DNA from: a virus
Virus record (IMG/VR): IMGVR_UViG_3300005613_004097
Coordinates: 44,515-108,514 of that record
Strand: one strand, 5' to 3'
DNA: 64,000 bases
The position numbers and the translations under genes are program-made. Below the pieces are notes generated by a model that worked only from the letters and a program-made list of their open reading frames with translations, was not told the DNA's origin and made no database searches. Of this stretch, positions 29,147 to 40,645 are shown piece by piece (position 1 is the stretch's first letter; each line of letters opens with the position of its first letter).

Positions 29147-29353
29147 TTATTTTGAAACTTTCGTATCAATTTCGACATATGTTTCCAAATACTTTTTACC
29201 GCCGAATTTTGTGTGAAAATATACTCTATTTTTGCCTCCGAATATATCTTTTATGAATTTGATATTCTTTGCGTCTTTAGGTAATTTCACACAGAATTCG
29301 TTGCCATCTTGATCCTCTAATATATGTTTCATTTGATCAATTGATTTCTTCAC
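29147..29353 (-). CDS. Hypothetical protein
   Basis: ORF following the RNA ligase gene. Confidence 0.5.
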   Translation of the reverse strand: MKKSIDQMKHILEDQDGNEFCVKLPKDAKNIKFIKDIFGGKNRVYFHTKFGGKKYLETYVEIDTKVSK

Positions 29354-30425
29354 CCGTCTCTTTGTATTTAGGGTTGATGATCTTCAATCTCAATTTAGTA
29401 CCATCTTTCGCATTCCTGTCAATGTATGGTCTGAGAACAACACCTTCTCTGATGTGTCTTTGTTTACCGGATACTTGTTCCATTCCTTTACAAAGATTCA
29501 CAATGTCTTTTGGAAGACTTAGCACTTTCTTTGTTTTGTGGACACCAATGGTTGGATCAGAGAATATGACAACTTCACTTTCGTCAAGATCGATGTTACC
29601 ATCAAAGATGATAGGAACCCAAAGTTCTTTGAAATCATCTGAAACCTTATCGTAGGGGATTGAAACACCATCATGTCTGATGTCGAACAACCTTACAGTT
29701 GGCTTTGTCTGTCCGTAATCATATCCTTTCTGAACAGGAATTACCTCACCGAATACTTGAACTACACCACTGGTGAAACTATTTCTGATCTTTTCAACGA
29801 GATTGTCATTCTTTGAGGCGATCCAGTAAGTATTATCATCAGATTCTTCCAAGATGAGACCTTTCTTCAACATGCCTTTTGATGAGATGATGGTTTCATC
29901 CTTTTCAATATCATGTCCAAGGATAAACTGAGATCCATGCACCTTCTCGGTGAGTACAACTCTCTCGCCTTGAACAAGTTCATTTGCATATACACCAACA
30001 TGTTCACAATCATGTGATCCGATGTGATCCATCTGAAAGCTCTTCACTTTACCGGCAAGTTGTGTAGGGATTGGTGGTTCGTAGTGTGTGATGCCAAGTT
30101 TTTCAGAAATATCCTCGCCCAACTCATATTGGTCCATATCTTCAACCAAGAATGGTGGAATGATAACACCACTTGAGATTTCACCTCTCAATCTCACTGC
30201 CTTGACACGATCCTTGTTAGGTCCTACGAGATATTTTTCAAACTCGGTTTTGATGAGTCCGCTCAGAACTGATTTTTCAGGAGCGAATATTACCTCATCA
30301 CCATCATTGTACAATCCTTTCTGAACTACAACTTGGTATGATCCAACTTTGCCGATGACAAGTGCATTGGCATCTGGGTGTGTGAATAATTCGATTTTTT
30401 CTTTACTTACTTTCCACTGTGACAT
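29337..30425 (-). CDS. ATP-dependent RNA ligase, DRB0094-like with N-terminal OB domain
   Basis: HPDANAL, VRLRGEISSG, TEKVHGS (motif I), FGE, REGVVLR, LKIINPKY. Confidence 0.9.
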   Translation of the reverse strand: MSQWKVSKEKIELFTHPDANALVIGKVGSYQVVVQKGLYNDGDEVIFAPEKSVLSGLIKTEFEKYLVGPNKDRVKAVRLRGEISSGVIIPPFLVEDMDQYELGEDISEKLGITHYEPPIPTQLAGKVKSFQMDHIGSHDCEHVGVYANELVQGERVVLTEKVHGSQFILGHDIEKDETIISSKGMLKKGLILEESDDNTYWIASKNDNLVEKIRNSFTSGVVQVFGEVIPVQKGYDYGQTKPTVRLFDIRHDGVSIPYDKVSDDFKELWVPIIFDGNIDLDESEVVIFSDPTIGVHKTKKVLSLPKDIVNLCKGMEQVSGKQRHIREGVVLRPYIDRNAKDGTKLRLKIINPKYKETGEEIN

Positions 30426-30461
30426 AATTTATCTTTTTTTAATTTGATACAAATATATGGA

Positions 30462-30929
30462 TTATTTTATCAGTTCCAATAATTTGATCTTTCTTTCTAT
30501 TATTTTCCTGTCGTATTTGGATCTTGATAACCAATCCCCTAAGACAATTGATACACCATTTGAACTTCCTAAAATCTCCACAAACTTATCAAAATTATCA
30601 TAACATTCATCTATCACCTTTTTTTCCTGTGACTCTTCAATTCCATACATTCTCAGTTCGTAATTGACTTCTTTGAATATATCATAGAAAATATCTATTA
30701 TACCAATTATATTTTTGTGTTCAAAAATGTCGTTACTATCGGGTTCAGGATAATCTCTGAGAGAGGTTTTCAACATTTCCCATTGACTTTTTTCGATGTA
30801 TTTGTTGAGATATCGAATTGATTTCTCATTCACATAATCTTCAATATTAACCCAATCAGTGTCATATTTCTTCTTTTTATTAAAGAATATGACTGTGTAA
30901 AAAAATAAAATCCCTATGAATTTGTCCAT
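30462..30929 (-). CDS. Hypothetical protein
   Basis: TATATTTG 4 nt before the ATG; ends ERKIKLLELIK. Confidence 0.65.
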   Translation of the reverse strand: MDKFIGILFFYTVIFFNKKKKYDTDWVNIEDYVNEKSIRYLNKYIEKSQWEMLKTSLRDYPEPDSNDIFEHKNIIGIIDIFYDIFKEVNYELRMYGIEESQEKKVIDECYDNFDKFVEILGSSNGVSIVLGDWLSRSKYDRKIIERKIKLLELIK

Positions 30930-30986
30930 TTCACAAATATAATAAAAAATGCAAGATATAAATCGGACTTTTATATATACCCTGTG

Positions 30987-33900
30987 ATGAAATTACCTAA
31001 CAGGCTAGCCATAAATACAATATACAAGGGTTTGAATGGTCTCAACGATGATCAGTTCAATATTCTTAACGATTCAATATCAGCTTCACCGCAGAATGTG
31101 GTGAAACTTGATACTAAAAAGATACTTAAAGAATCAACAGATAGAACATTCTCAGTTCGTCTTATGAAATGGGTCGAGCCATATAACATAGGAGGTATTG
31201 AATATTCTCTTTTCTACACTGAGGTAGATCACAATTTGAAAGTTGGTGACCGTGTTTTCATCATCGGTGGGTATTATGATTCAGATGACATACTTGAAAA
31301 TTCAACTGATCCTTACTTTGCAGGTGTTGATGGATACCGTGTTCTTTATGTTGATAGAACGAAAATAGTTCTTGATATCGAATATGTTGGAATTGATCCT
31401 ACAAATGAAGAACCAATTGATAATTTCATTAAAGTTTATGTTGCATCAACTCAATATGAATTTGATTACTTTCTACAGGCTCTTTCGATGAGAGATGATA
31501 ACGGTAATATTGAAAGTAAATTTTTACAAGGATATAACAACTTTTTATATCTAAATGGTCAATTCACGATAAATAATCCTGGTGACTATAATGGCCTTTT
31601 AAGTTTTCTTTTAGAGGATTTATCAACACCAAACACTGCTGGTAATGGATTCTTTATAAGAAATAATTCAGAACTTGAAGAGATAACCAGTGATGTTCTT
31701 AGTAACACTAACATAACAGCATATTTGAACACAGGATATAATGATCCACTATCAGGGTTTTTCAATATACTTAAGATCAGAGTCATGAATGGAAGATTTT
31801 TTGCTGGATCAACAGAGTGGAAAAGAGATTTCATCTACTACTACAATGCAACACATCAAAAGTGGATGGTTGATCGTTCATATACACCTACCATACTTAC
31901 AAAATCGAATTTCCGTGGTGGTCTTTTCCACTCAGGTGAATTCAATCAAGGTCTTTATGGTCATTATGATGAGCGTCTTGATTATGATGGTACAGATATA
32001 AAATGGACGCTCGGAACAACTTTGAATGTGAATTGGAAAGCAGGAACACTTGGTTCTGATCATTACTTCAAAGATTCAAATTTCACTGTGTTCGATAGAA
32101 CAGGACTTCCACAGATAAGGGCAAATGCAGAGAATAACGGAGGTGCAGGTTACAATTATGTATTCGATACTGATTTCGAAGGTGGTGATGTGATAAATGG
32201 AAATATCTTTAATCTTTCAACATTCTATGGTACAATGTCATCTGAATCTGCTTTGGATAATTACTACACAGGAACACAGACAACTTATTCTGTTACACTT
32301 TCTGGTGGTGTTTATTACAATTCTGATATTTTATTTGCAGACATCTCAAATGTTACTTTGATAAGTTCATATGTCGTTAACTCTATAATAAGAAACTCAA
32401 AGGCTGTTAACTCAGAGATTGTTGCAACTGCATTTTTGAACTCACTTTATCTTGGTGACAATGTGATAAAGATACAAGCATATGAAGAATCAAACATTCT
32501 TTGGTATGATGTTGATACACCACTCACTCCTGGTGTGAATTATAAAATGTATAAGTTCTATGTGACTGAATCTTCATTCTTGAGACTCAGAGAACTTCAA
32601 TATTTTTACTTCAAGGATATTATTGTGAATCTTCCGAATACAGATCTTTTGAATTTCTTTGATGATAAGTTTCAAATAGGACATTGGACTCAGACATTTG
32701 ATACAATAGGTCAAAAGCAAGGAAGACAGGTTCTTGTTCAATTGTCAACAAAAGAAGAGAATAGGAACTCACCAGGTCAGATCACAACTGAAACCGATCT
32801 ACAACCGAATTTCGATAATACTTTACCATCTATTGATGTTTTCATTGCAGGCGGTGAAGATTTCAATTTTGCTTCAGCTTCAACATATCCAAGACCGTTC
32901 ATTGCTGAAACTGTTGATATCACAAATGCCTACATATTGGAGGGAGATTTTGTATCAGGTCTGTTCAAGGATTCTATTTGGGTGAGTGGAAATTACATCA
33001 ACTATAATAAAGATTATCATTTTGAACAGGACAGTGGTCTTTATCAAGGACAATCATCATTTGGTCCACATGAGATCGACACAACATCAAATCTTTTAAA
33101 GATAAAAACCCCACTTGCGTTCAGACCGAACATAATAGGAACACAATCTTACGAATCGAATATTGTCTATATAAACTCGGTATATTATGATTCAACATTG
33201 AATACATCCGATCCTGGTCAGAATTTGGTAAGAATGCCAGATACATTTAGAATATTGAGCGCCAATGATATTTCACCAACTCAAAGAGATTTTGTTTTAC
33301 AGGATGTATCAACTCAATCAACATTGAGTGGATTCAACTCTGTAACAAATGGTGGTAATTATTTCACTTCAAGACAGGCAAGAAACAGATATAATTATAT
33401 ACATCCGGTCAAGTTTGAGAACTCGCAGATCAGGTCAGGACTTTTCAGAGGTGCTTATTTTGAGAATTGTACATTCACCAACTTTGATTTTGATGTGCTG
33501 GATAAGGACCTTGAAAAGGTGATAGAGAAAAGGAATTTCCTTGTCAGTGATGTCATTTTGGATGATAACTCGAATTCGATAAATTCCGGTATTTTCCAAT
33601 ATTCACATTTCCTTGCTGGGTCTGACCAGTGGAATTCAGCTATTTTCCATAAAGGCATATGGTCAGAATCAACTTTCACATATTCGTTCTCACCAAGCTT
33701 CTCAACAATTTTCACAAGAGAGCCAAGTAAATTCAAAAATGGTGTTTTCAGAGAAAGTGAATGGCAGGACGGTATATTTGAAAATGGCATATTCTATAAG
33801 AACAGATCAAATCAAGCAGGTACTTCACAGGTACTCAGTGGAACAACACCTGTCTATTACGCTGATACACTTGATACTAAATGGTCATGGCAACAAGGAA

Positions 33901-36900
33901 CATTTGAAAATGGTGATTTCGAAAAGTCAAACTTTGAAACTGGAACATTTGAAGATGGTAACTTTTTCAATTCTGATTTCCTCACAGGAGAAGCAACTGG
34001 CGGAAACTTCGGTAAAAAGAACATACCATTTGATCGTTCAAGAGTATGGACAGGAACATTCTCAAATGTGAATGTGATAAATGCTGAGTTCAGAACCGAG
34101 TATCCTGAGGGAACTTACCAAACATCATCGATCGTTTGGAATTCAGGTATATTCAACTCAGGTATATTCGGAGTTCAAATGAATGGATTATCACCTCAAT
34201 ATGTTCCTGCAACATTCCAATTGAGCAATACATGGTATGATGGAACATTCAATGGTGGTGATTTCACAGATGTTGCAGAATGGAAATCGGGGATATTCAA
34301 TGGTGGTAGATTCCGTTCATTCTATTGGTATGAAGGGCAGACACCTTATGAACTAAGTTTGGCAACAGGTGGTTCATTCAGTTGGCAATCGGGTAAATTC
34401 AATAATGGTGAGTTCGGAAGAGCTGATAGAGCAACAAACTCAACATGGTTCTCAGGTGAGTTCAATGGTGGTAAGTTCAATGGAAGATATTGGAGAGATG
34501 GTGTGTTCACACGAGGCAACTTTGAAGGACATGCAGCAAGTTTCTCAACTGATATAGACAATTACAATGATTTCATTGCAAGTTACACGACAGAATATTA
34601 TGGATATTGGCAGACAGGTTGGGTATCAGAGGTCAAGGATAAATTCTTGAAGGATCAAAAGATATGGACAGAAGTTGTAAGAGAATCCACAAAGAAAAGA
34701 AAAAGAAAAACGGTCGAGTTCAAAGACATGTTATGGTATTCTGGAACTTTCTCACATACTGATGGTGATATGATAAATTCTGTATGGCTTGATGGATCAC
34801 ATCAGAAAGGATTGTTCTATGAATCTGTGTTCAATCCATATATAAATCTTGCACTTCCTATTTTTATTGATAGTCAGCCATCTCAAAATTGGGTCATTAC
34901 AGGATCAGTTTCATCTGGACAGAATGGAAGTATTCTTGTTCAGAATATTTCCACACTTGATTTGATTGATGTTCTGCAACCAGGTGTTGAATATACATTC
35001 AATATTTATGTGAATGAGAACACAACAGGATCTGATGTTTTATTGAGTGATGGAACAATATTTGCTCCTGATCTACATCAAGGTTTTTATCAGGGTAATT
35101 TTATATCACAATTTGCAGATTTTGGATTCTCAACAGGACCTGGAACATTCAGTTTTTCTGATCTTGTACTTTATCCTGGAACGGTATCAGGATTCAGAAC
35201 AACAGATTCGTGTATTTGGGAAAATGGAAAAGCTTTTTCATCTGACTTTTATTTCTCTAAATGGAAGCAAGGTAAATTCTCTTCATATGCAAACTCACCA
35301 CAGGGAAATGCATGGGGTCTGATATTTCAGGATGGTATATCTGATTATATGAATGCGTATAATGTGTTCTGGGGTAAAGGTATTTGGAAAAACGGTAACT
35401 GGAATGGGTCACCTTTCAATAAGCGACTTTCACCAATATGTGAGGATGTATTGATAAATGGTGATTTCGAGACAGATGATTCTGGAACTGGAAATGGTGG
35501 TTCAAATTGGCAAGTTACCAATGATCCTGATGTACAAACATTCATACAAAATGGCATCTTAGAGACAACTTTCGGTGCAGCAGGTACATCAACAATTGTT
35601 CAGGATTCTGTGCTTAATTCAGGTACAACATATAATGTCTCTATCACGGTACAAAGCAATTCAAATGTCTCAGTAAATGCAGGTGAAACCGGTAACTGGG
35701 CAATTCAATCATCGGTTGGTCAAACAGGATTCATAACAGGAACATTCACTGCTGGTGGGTCAGATTTTGAGATTTTGTTAGAAACAACTATTACACCAGT
35801 GAGTTGGTTTGATGGTACGATCACAGGACCCAATGGGACTATTCCGGTACCACCTTCTTCTGCTCTATTTAATGGGTATTATGATATAAGTCCATATGAT
35901 CCAGATCCTTCTACAGGCACTTCTTATGGGCAATATGGTTGTCTCACATATAATCCACCACCTGGTCTTGTGATACTCGATCCACAAGATTTTATTTGGT
36001 CAATCGATAATATGACAATTCCTCCGTCAATCGTAAATAACTTTGATGCAAACTCATCACAATATTGTGGTGTTTACCAAAATGTCAACCAAAACTTCTT
36101 ACAAGTTGGATCATACAGAGTGCAATACAACGGTGATGTTTCAGGATCACAGGCAAATATTGTTATTCTTGATGTACAGGTTACTATTTGTAACACAAAT
36201 GATCAACTAGTTTACCCAGGATTCTCATCTGATATTATAAACAATATTGCATCTTACGCAACTCAATCAGAATATCAAGATTGGGAATCAATTCATATGA
36301 ATCACACATTCACACTGAATGTGCCATTAGAGATACTTGATGATCCTGAGCTGGATAATGGATTCGGTTCAGGTGGGTCGGTTACTGCTAGTTTACCACT
36401 GAATTGGATCCCTTCCCCAAACTCAACTCCATATCCTACTTATAATAATTTTCAAAATACTTGGAACGTACTTTCTACTATACCCACAAGTTCGATTTTT
36501 ACAAATTCAACAGACTTTGTGACAATTTTGAATGCCGTTGATGGTCAGTTCATATTCAATGATATTGGACTCTATGAAATAGAGATAGATTACTTTGTTG
36601 TTGTTGGACAAACTATTAATTCTGGTCCTGTGGATGTAAACATACAGATAATAGCAGGTGACACACAAAATAATGGGATTGATCAAACAATTACCGAGAC
36701 AGTCAATCTAAATCAAGAACTAGTTGGATCATTAGTTCCTATAAATAGTTATTATGGTGTGAGTCCACAGAAAACTGCGACCTTCACATACAATTCACTT
36801 CAACCGTTCACTGACGATAGAGCAAAGCTCAGAATCAGAAAACAAACTACAGACCCAAATACATTTTTGTTCATCACAAATATAAGTGTAAAGTCATCTT

Positions 36901-39227
36901 TGAGTGAATATGATGAGCCAACAAACAATGAACTTTGGCAGCCAAGTAACTGGACACCTTCGATCGGTGCTACTATTTCATTGCCAAATACAATATCATA
37001 CCAGACAGGCGCTGCTTTGACCAAATTCGGAAATGGTTCATTCAGATCTGGTATTTGGGAAAATGGAGTTTGGAATGAAGGATGGCGCGATGATCAGACG
37101 GTTTTATATGCAGATGACCTTTTTGTTTTCCCTGGTGGTAAGAATCATGCATTCAGAACTGAACGGTCTGTTTGGACAATAAAATTGAATATATTGCGTG
37201 GTGGTGAAAGTCCAGCTTCAATAGAAGATACACTTTATCCATACCAAGTTGGTGATAGGGTTTCGGTTGGTAATGTGGTTGCAATAGATGTCAATGATAG
37301 GAGAAGATTGATCAGAAATTATATGACCATAACAGCGATAAATATCAATAACATCAATAATACGGCTGATATGACATTGACTTTCGAAACAACATTCCCT
37401 ATAAGAAGAATTGAAAAAGATTCAGAAGAACACATAATTCATATTTCAAAGAATGTTTGGTTGAATGGTGTTTTCTTGAATGGTAAATTCTTGAATGGTG
37501 TTTGGTCAAATGGTCTGTTCCAAGGATTCCCTTATGTCACTGAGATGGAGGATTCTCAATGGATAGATGGTCAGTTCAAAGGTGGGGCTTTCCGTGGATT
37601 CACTGCAAGCTATGTTAATTCACAATCTGATAATATTGAATATCATACTGGTGTGATACAGAAATTCGTGTTCTCAGATGAGAATGTTTCATATCAGCCT
37701 AAAAAATTCAAATTCAATTCATGGATCGATGTGAATTACTTTGAAGACTCTGGTGTGAATATCAATAAGATAAATGAAACATATGCTCAGACACCATTGA
37801 ATTTCACTACTGATTTCATTGAGAATAACTTCTATGGATATCCAACCAAAGATGTACTCGAATCAGTATCAAGTATAAGAAATGGATTTGATCTGAACTC
37901 AAGAACATACAAACTTGGTTGGAAGTTCAAGGAATATCAAGATTGGATACCGTATAGAGAAGACCAAGACCAATTCACAGAGATAAATGATCTGAGATAT
38001 TTCAATAATCCACCAGAATTCCCAGTTCAAGGTCTTACTGATATTAGCTCATATTCTCCAACTTTAGGAGTGGAACCAATCAACAATCAGACATTTAACT
38101 TTCCAAATGGTGTTGTGATAGATTCATATGGTATTGGTAATCTTACAGATAATGGTTGGATATTCAAATATGGTTCAAACTTTTTAACACAATCAGGTAG
38201 CACATCACTATATGGTCAAGGATTCAGTGATGTTGGACTTGGACTTTGGGTGATATTTTATGCACTGACAGGAGGTGTGTTGGATTTCACACAACTTGAC
38301 TTTTTAGTTAATGGCAACTATTTGAATCCGGTCGGTAACCGTATCAGATCAAATTATTTCCCAATTGCACCTCCAACATTGGAAATGGAAAGAAAATTGA
38401 TAATCGGTGGTGGAAAAGCCGAGGTTGGTAGTGGAACTGATGATAAAACGAATTTCACACTTGATTACATAGACAATTCAAATGTAGAGATGGATCGTCT
38501 GAGATACTCTTTCGTTGAAATAACAGGACAACACTACACATTCACACAATCAAGTGTGATATCAAATCCAATTGTATTCTATAATAATTATCCGGCCACA
38601 TACTCAGCGGTTGTTAGTAGTATAAACTTCAATGGGTCTCAGATATCTGTTCCTGTGAATCAGATAAGAAGTGAGACTTTCAACAAACAAAGAGAATACT
38701 TCTTCAATAAGAAAGGACTTGAAATGACAATATTCTCAGGATCGAATCCATCGACAGATGGTAGATATCAATTAGGATTTGATTCAATAAGAGTTGTTGA
38801 GACAGATATGATACCATTCTTCCTTTTTGCAACAGATTGTATCCAAAGAGTAAATTTCACAACTTGGGGAGAAGCTGATATAAATTGGGAGGTTGCTGAG
38901 CTTGATCCACCCGGTGATATTGAATTCTTACCATCATCAGGAATTCCGACTTGGGATAATTTCTATCTGTTCCAATCCAGCACTGCAGATTGTATATCAT
39001 ATGTGAATCAGGATGTTCAGGTTCCTTATATAGGAAAGGCGCCTGATATAGATTTTTCAAATCAGAATTTTGATTATGTGAGTTCTGCAAACATACAGAC
39101 AGTAGAGATACAATCAACTCAATTGTCAGGAACATCGCCGATAGAGATCATAAGTGAATTCTCACAGATCCAGACACCACAGGTCATTGATGATGTTATA
39201 TCAATAAGTTACGCAAGAAGAGTTTAA
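30987..39227 (+). CDS. Giant putative virion/tail protein with W/F-x-x-G-x pentapeptide repeats
   Basis: About 2746 aa; WQDGIFENGIF, WQQGTFENGDFEKSNFETGTFEDGNF, WLNGVFLNGKFLNGVWSNGLF; late-type motif upstream. Confidence 0.65.
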   Translation: MKLPNRLAINTIYKGLNGLNDDQFNILNDSISASPQNVVKLDTKKILKESTDRTFSVRLMKWVEPYNIGGIEYSLFYTEVDHNLKVGDRVFIIGGYYDSDDILENSTDPYFAGVDGYRVLYVDRTKIVLDIEYVGIDPTNEEPIDNFIKVYVASTQYEFDYFLQALSMRDDNGNIESKFLQGYNNFLYLNGQFTINNPGDYNGLLSFLLEDLSTPNTAGNGFFIRNNSELEEITSDVLSNTNITAYLNTGYNDPLSGFFNILKIRVMNGRFFAGSTEWKRDFIYYYNATHQKWMVDRSYTPTILTKSNFRGGLFHSGEFNQGLYGHYDERLDYDGTDIKWTLGTTLNVNWKAGTLGSDHYFKDSNFTVFDRTGLPQIRANAENNGGAGYNYVFDTDFEGGDVINGNIFNLSTFYGTMSSESALDNYYTGTQTTYSVTLSGGVYYNSDILFADISNVTLISSYVVNSIIRNSKAVNSEIVATAFLNSLYLGDNVIKIQAYEESNILWYDVDTPLTPGVNYKMYKFYVTESSFLRLRELQYFYFKDIIVNLPNTDLLNFFDDKFQIGHWTQTFDTIGQKQGRQVLVQLSTKEENRNSPGQITTETDLQPNFDNTLPSIDVFIAGGEDFNFASASTYPRPFIAETVDITNAYILEGDFVSGLFKDSIWVSGNYINYNKDYHFEQDSGLYQGQSSFGPHEIDTTSNLLKIKTPLAFRPNIIGTQSYESNIVYINSVYYDSTLNTSDPGQNLVRMPDTFRILSANDISPTQRDFVLQDVSTQSTLSGFNSVTNGGNYFTSRQARNRYNYIHPVKFENSQIRSGLFRGAYFENCTFTNFDFDVLDKDLEKVIEKRNFLVSDVILDDNSNSINSGIFQYSHFLAGSDQWNSAIFHKGIWSESTFTYSFSPSFSTIFTREPSKFKNGVFRESEWQDGIFENGIFYKNRSNQAGTSQVLSGTTPVYYADTLDTKWSWQQGTFENGDFEKSNFETGTFEDGNFFNSDFLTGEATGGNFGKKNIPFDRSRVWTGTFSNVNVINAEFRTEYPEGTYQTSSIVWNSGIFNSGIFGVQMNGLSPQYVPATFQLSNTWYDGTFNGGDFTDVAEWKSGIFNGGRFRSFYWYEGQTPYELSLATGGSFSWQSGKFNNGEFGRADRATNSTWFSGEFNGGKFNGRYWRDGVFTRGNFEGHAASFSTDIDNYNDFIASYTTEYYGYWQTGWVSEVKDKFLKDQKIWTEVVRESTKKRKRKTVEFKDMLWYSGTFSHTDGDMINSVWLDGSHQKGLFYESVFNPYINLALPIFIDSQPSQNWVITGSVSSGQNGSILVQNISTLDLIDVLQPGVEYTFNIYVNENTTGSDVLLSDGTIFAPDLHQGFYQGNFISQFADFGFSTGPGTFSFSDLVLYPGTVSGFRTTDSCIWENGKAFSSDFYFSKWKQGKFSSYANSPQGNAWGLIFQDGISDYMNAYNVFWGKGIWKNGNWNGSPFNKRLSPICEDVLINGDFETDDSGTGNGGSNWQVTNDPDVQTFIQNGILETTFGAAGTSTIVQDSVLNSGTTYNVSITVQSNSNVSVNAGETGNWAIQSSVGQTGFITGTFTAGGSDFEILLETTITPVSWFDGTITGPNGTIPVPPSSALFNGYYDISPYDPDPSTGTSYGQYGCLTYNPPPGLVILDPQDFIWSIDNMTIPPSIVNNFDANSSQYCGVYQNVNQNFLQVGSYRVQYNGDVSGSQANIVILDVQVTICNTNDQLVYPGFSSDIINNIASYATQSEYQDWESIHMNHTFTLNVPLEILDDPELDNGFGSGGSVTASLPLNWIPSPNSTPYPTYNNFQNTWNVLSTIPTSSIFTNSTDFVTILNAVDGQFIFNDIGLYEIEIDYFVVVGQTINSGPVDVNIQIIAGDTQNNGIDQTITETVNLNQELVGSLVPINSYYGVSPQKTATFTYNSLQPFTDDRAKLRIRKQTTDPNTFLFITNISVKSSLSEYDEPTNNELWQPSNWTPSIGATISLPNTISYQTGAALTKFGNGSFRSGIWENGVWNEGWRDDQTVLYADDLFVFPGGKNHAFRTERSVWTIKLNILRGGESPASIEDTLYPYQVGDRVSVGNVVAIDVNDRRRLIRNYMTITAININNINNTADMTLTFETTFPIRRIEKDSEEHIIHISKNVWLNGVFLNGKFLNGVWSNGLFQGFPYVTEMEDSQWIDGQFKGGAFRGFTASYVNSQSDNIEYHTGVIQKFVFSDENVSYQPKKFKFNSWIDVNYFEDSGVNINKINETYAQTPLNFTTDFIENNFYGYPTKDVLESVSSIRNGFDLNSRTYKLGWKFKEYQDWIPYREDQDQFTEINDLRYFNNPPEFPVQGLTDISSYSPTLGVEPINNQTFNFPNGVVIDSYGIGNLTDNGWIFKYGSNFLTQSGSTSLYGQGFSDVGLGLWVIFYALTGGVLDFTQLDFLVNGNYLNPVGNRIRSNYFPIAPPTLEMERKLIIGGGKAEVGSGTDDKTNFTLDYIDNSNVEMDRLRYSFVEITGQHYTFTQSSVISNPIVFYNNYPATYSAVVSSINFNGSQISVPVNQIRSETFNKQREYFFNKKGLEMTIFSGSNPSTDGRYQLGFDSIRVVETDMIPFFLFATDCIQRVNFTTWGEADINWEVAELDPPGDIEFLPSSGIPTWDNFYLFQSSTADCISYVNQDVQVPYIGKAPDIDFSNQNFDYVSSANIQTVEIQSTQLSGTSPIEIISEFSQIQTPQVIDDVISISYARRV

Positions 39228-39237
39228 TATATATCAT

Positions 39238-40635
39238 ATGGCACTTGACTTGACAAATGAATATATTGCACTGACCTTTCAAAGGCTCTTACAGATAGAT
39301 CCAAATGAGGCGGCAGCAGGGTTCAAACCTTTTTCTCTTTCAAATGCAATAAACTCTGATTCTGCTACTCTTATAAATGGTGTTGGTGAGAAGATAAATG
39401 GTGTTGTGATAGAGCAGTTTGATCAGGCAGGATTGTTTTTAAAGAATACAAGTGATGTATTTCAGATATATTCCGGTGAGGATTTTTATGGAAATCAAGG
39501 TATATCAATATCAAAATACGATCCGACACAACCAGTAACAACTGGTATATTCGTGAAAGATAATGGTGACCTTGTGGTAGGATTTCCATTTCCTCAATCT
39601 TTTTCATATTACTCACTTTATGTTGATAAGGGAATTCATATCATAAGCCAAAATGGAAAATCCATATTGAAAGGTAAAGGATTCACCTCATCAAATCCAT
39701 ATCAAGAATCATCAGAAATAAGATTTTATGCCAAGAATGTGAGAGATTTAAGTTACACATCAACATCTGGAAGTATTGGTCAAGGAATATCAGAGTTAGT
39801 TGCAACGCCTGGTGGTGTTGGGTTGTTATCTGGTCTGAGTTATCAAGATTATCCACTAAGGGTAGAAATAGTTATAGCGGATTTAGTTGCCGGAATGCAA
39901 ATAGATTTTTACTTTCAAATACGAACTTTACCCGATCTTACTAATGCTCTTGAGGTAGTAGATATATTTTATGAAGTTACACTTGCAGATGCACAGAATC
40001 CTGCTACTTTCAAAACAAATTTTGAAACTTTTTTTAACAACGAAGTGAGTAACGCTACAGCAGTAGTTGATATAAATTCAAATGAAATCATCGTTACTTT
40101 AAGTGGTAATAGAGTAATACCAGGACCACCAAGTCCCCCTTATCCACATATTTGGCAATTAATAAATCCTTCACCAACCGGCAATAATCAAAGTGGGGTT
40201 CAAGTAGTTGTTGATCTTGATAAGGATATCATGGACTCAGGAATATTCAAAAGGATTGATACTAATGGTAATGTAAAATGTTCTATGATATGGAGAAGAG
40301 TCGGTAATGTGATTCATGTGACTGGTTATAGACAGCCAATAAGTTATGCTACCGGTGATGTTGATGCAGTTGAGTTATTACCTGTTGTGCCACAAAGTCA
40401 TGTCGATGATGGAAGTGATGTTTATAATTCTTTGTTTGGTAATGGTGTTCTCAGAGATGGAGATGATGCAAGTAATCCAGTTCCTATAATATGTAAGGCA
40501 AACGATCAGAGTGGAACTATTGCAAGTCAAAATTGTGCTGTTCAATTTTTCGAATATGATGATCTATCTAATCCGATAAAGGATGTAGGTGAAGGTGACA
40601 TAAGATTTTCATTTTCTTATGATCTGAAAAATTAA
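39238..40635 (+). CDS. Putative tail-fibre-associated protein, paralog 1
   Basis: Shares GVVIEQ, IWRRVGNVI and terminal RFSFSY motifs with the next two genes. Confidence 0.55.
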   Translation: MALDLTNEYIALTFQRLLQIDPNEAAAGFKPFSLSNAINSDSATLINGVGEKINGVVIEQFDQAGLFLKNTSDVFQIYSGEDFYGNQGISISKYDPTQPVTTGIFVKDNGDLVVGFPFPQSFSYYSLYVDKGIHIISQNGKSILKGKGFTSSNPYQESSEIRFYAKNVRDLSYTSTSGSIGQGISELVATPGGVGLLSGLSYQDYPLRVEIVIADLVAGMQIDFYFQIRTLPDLTNALEVVDIFYEVTLADAQNPATFKTNFETFFNNEVSNATAVVDINSNEIIVTLSGNRVIPGPPSPPYPHIWQLINPSPTGNNQSGVQVVVDLDKDIMDSGIFKRIDTNGNVKCSMIWRRVGNVIHVTGYRQPISYATGDVDAVELLPVVPQSHVDDGSDVYNSLFGNGVLRDGDDASNPVPIICKANDQSGTIASQNCAVQFFEYDDLSNPIKDVGEGDIRFSFSYDLKN

Positions 40636-40645
40636 TATATAACAC

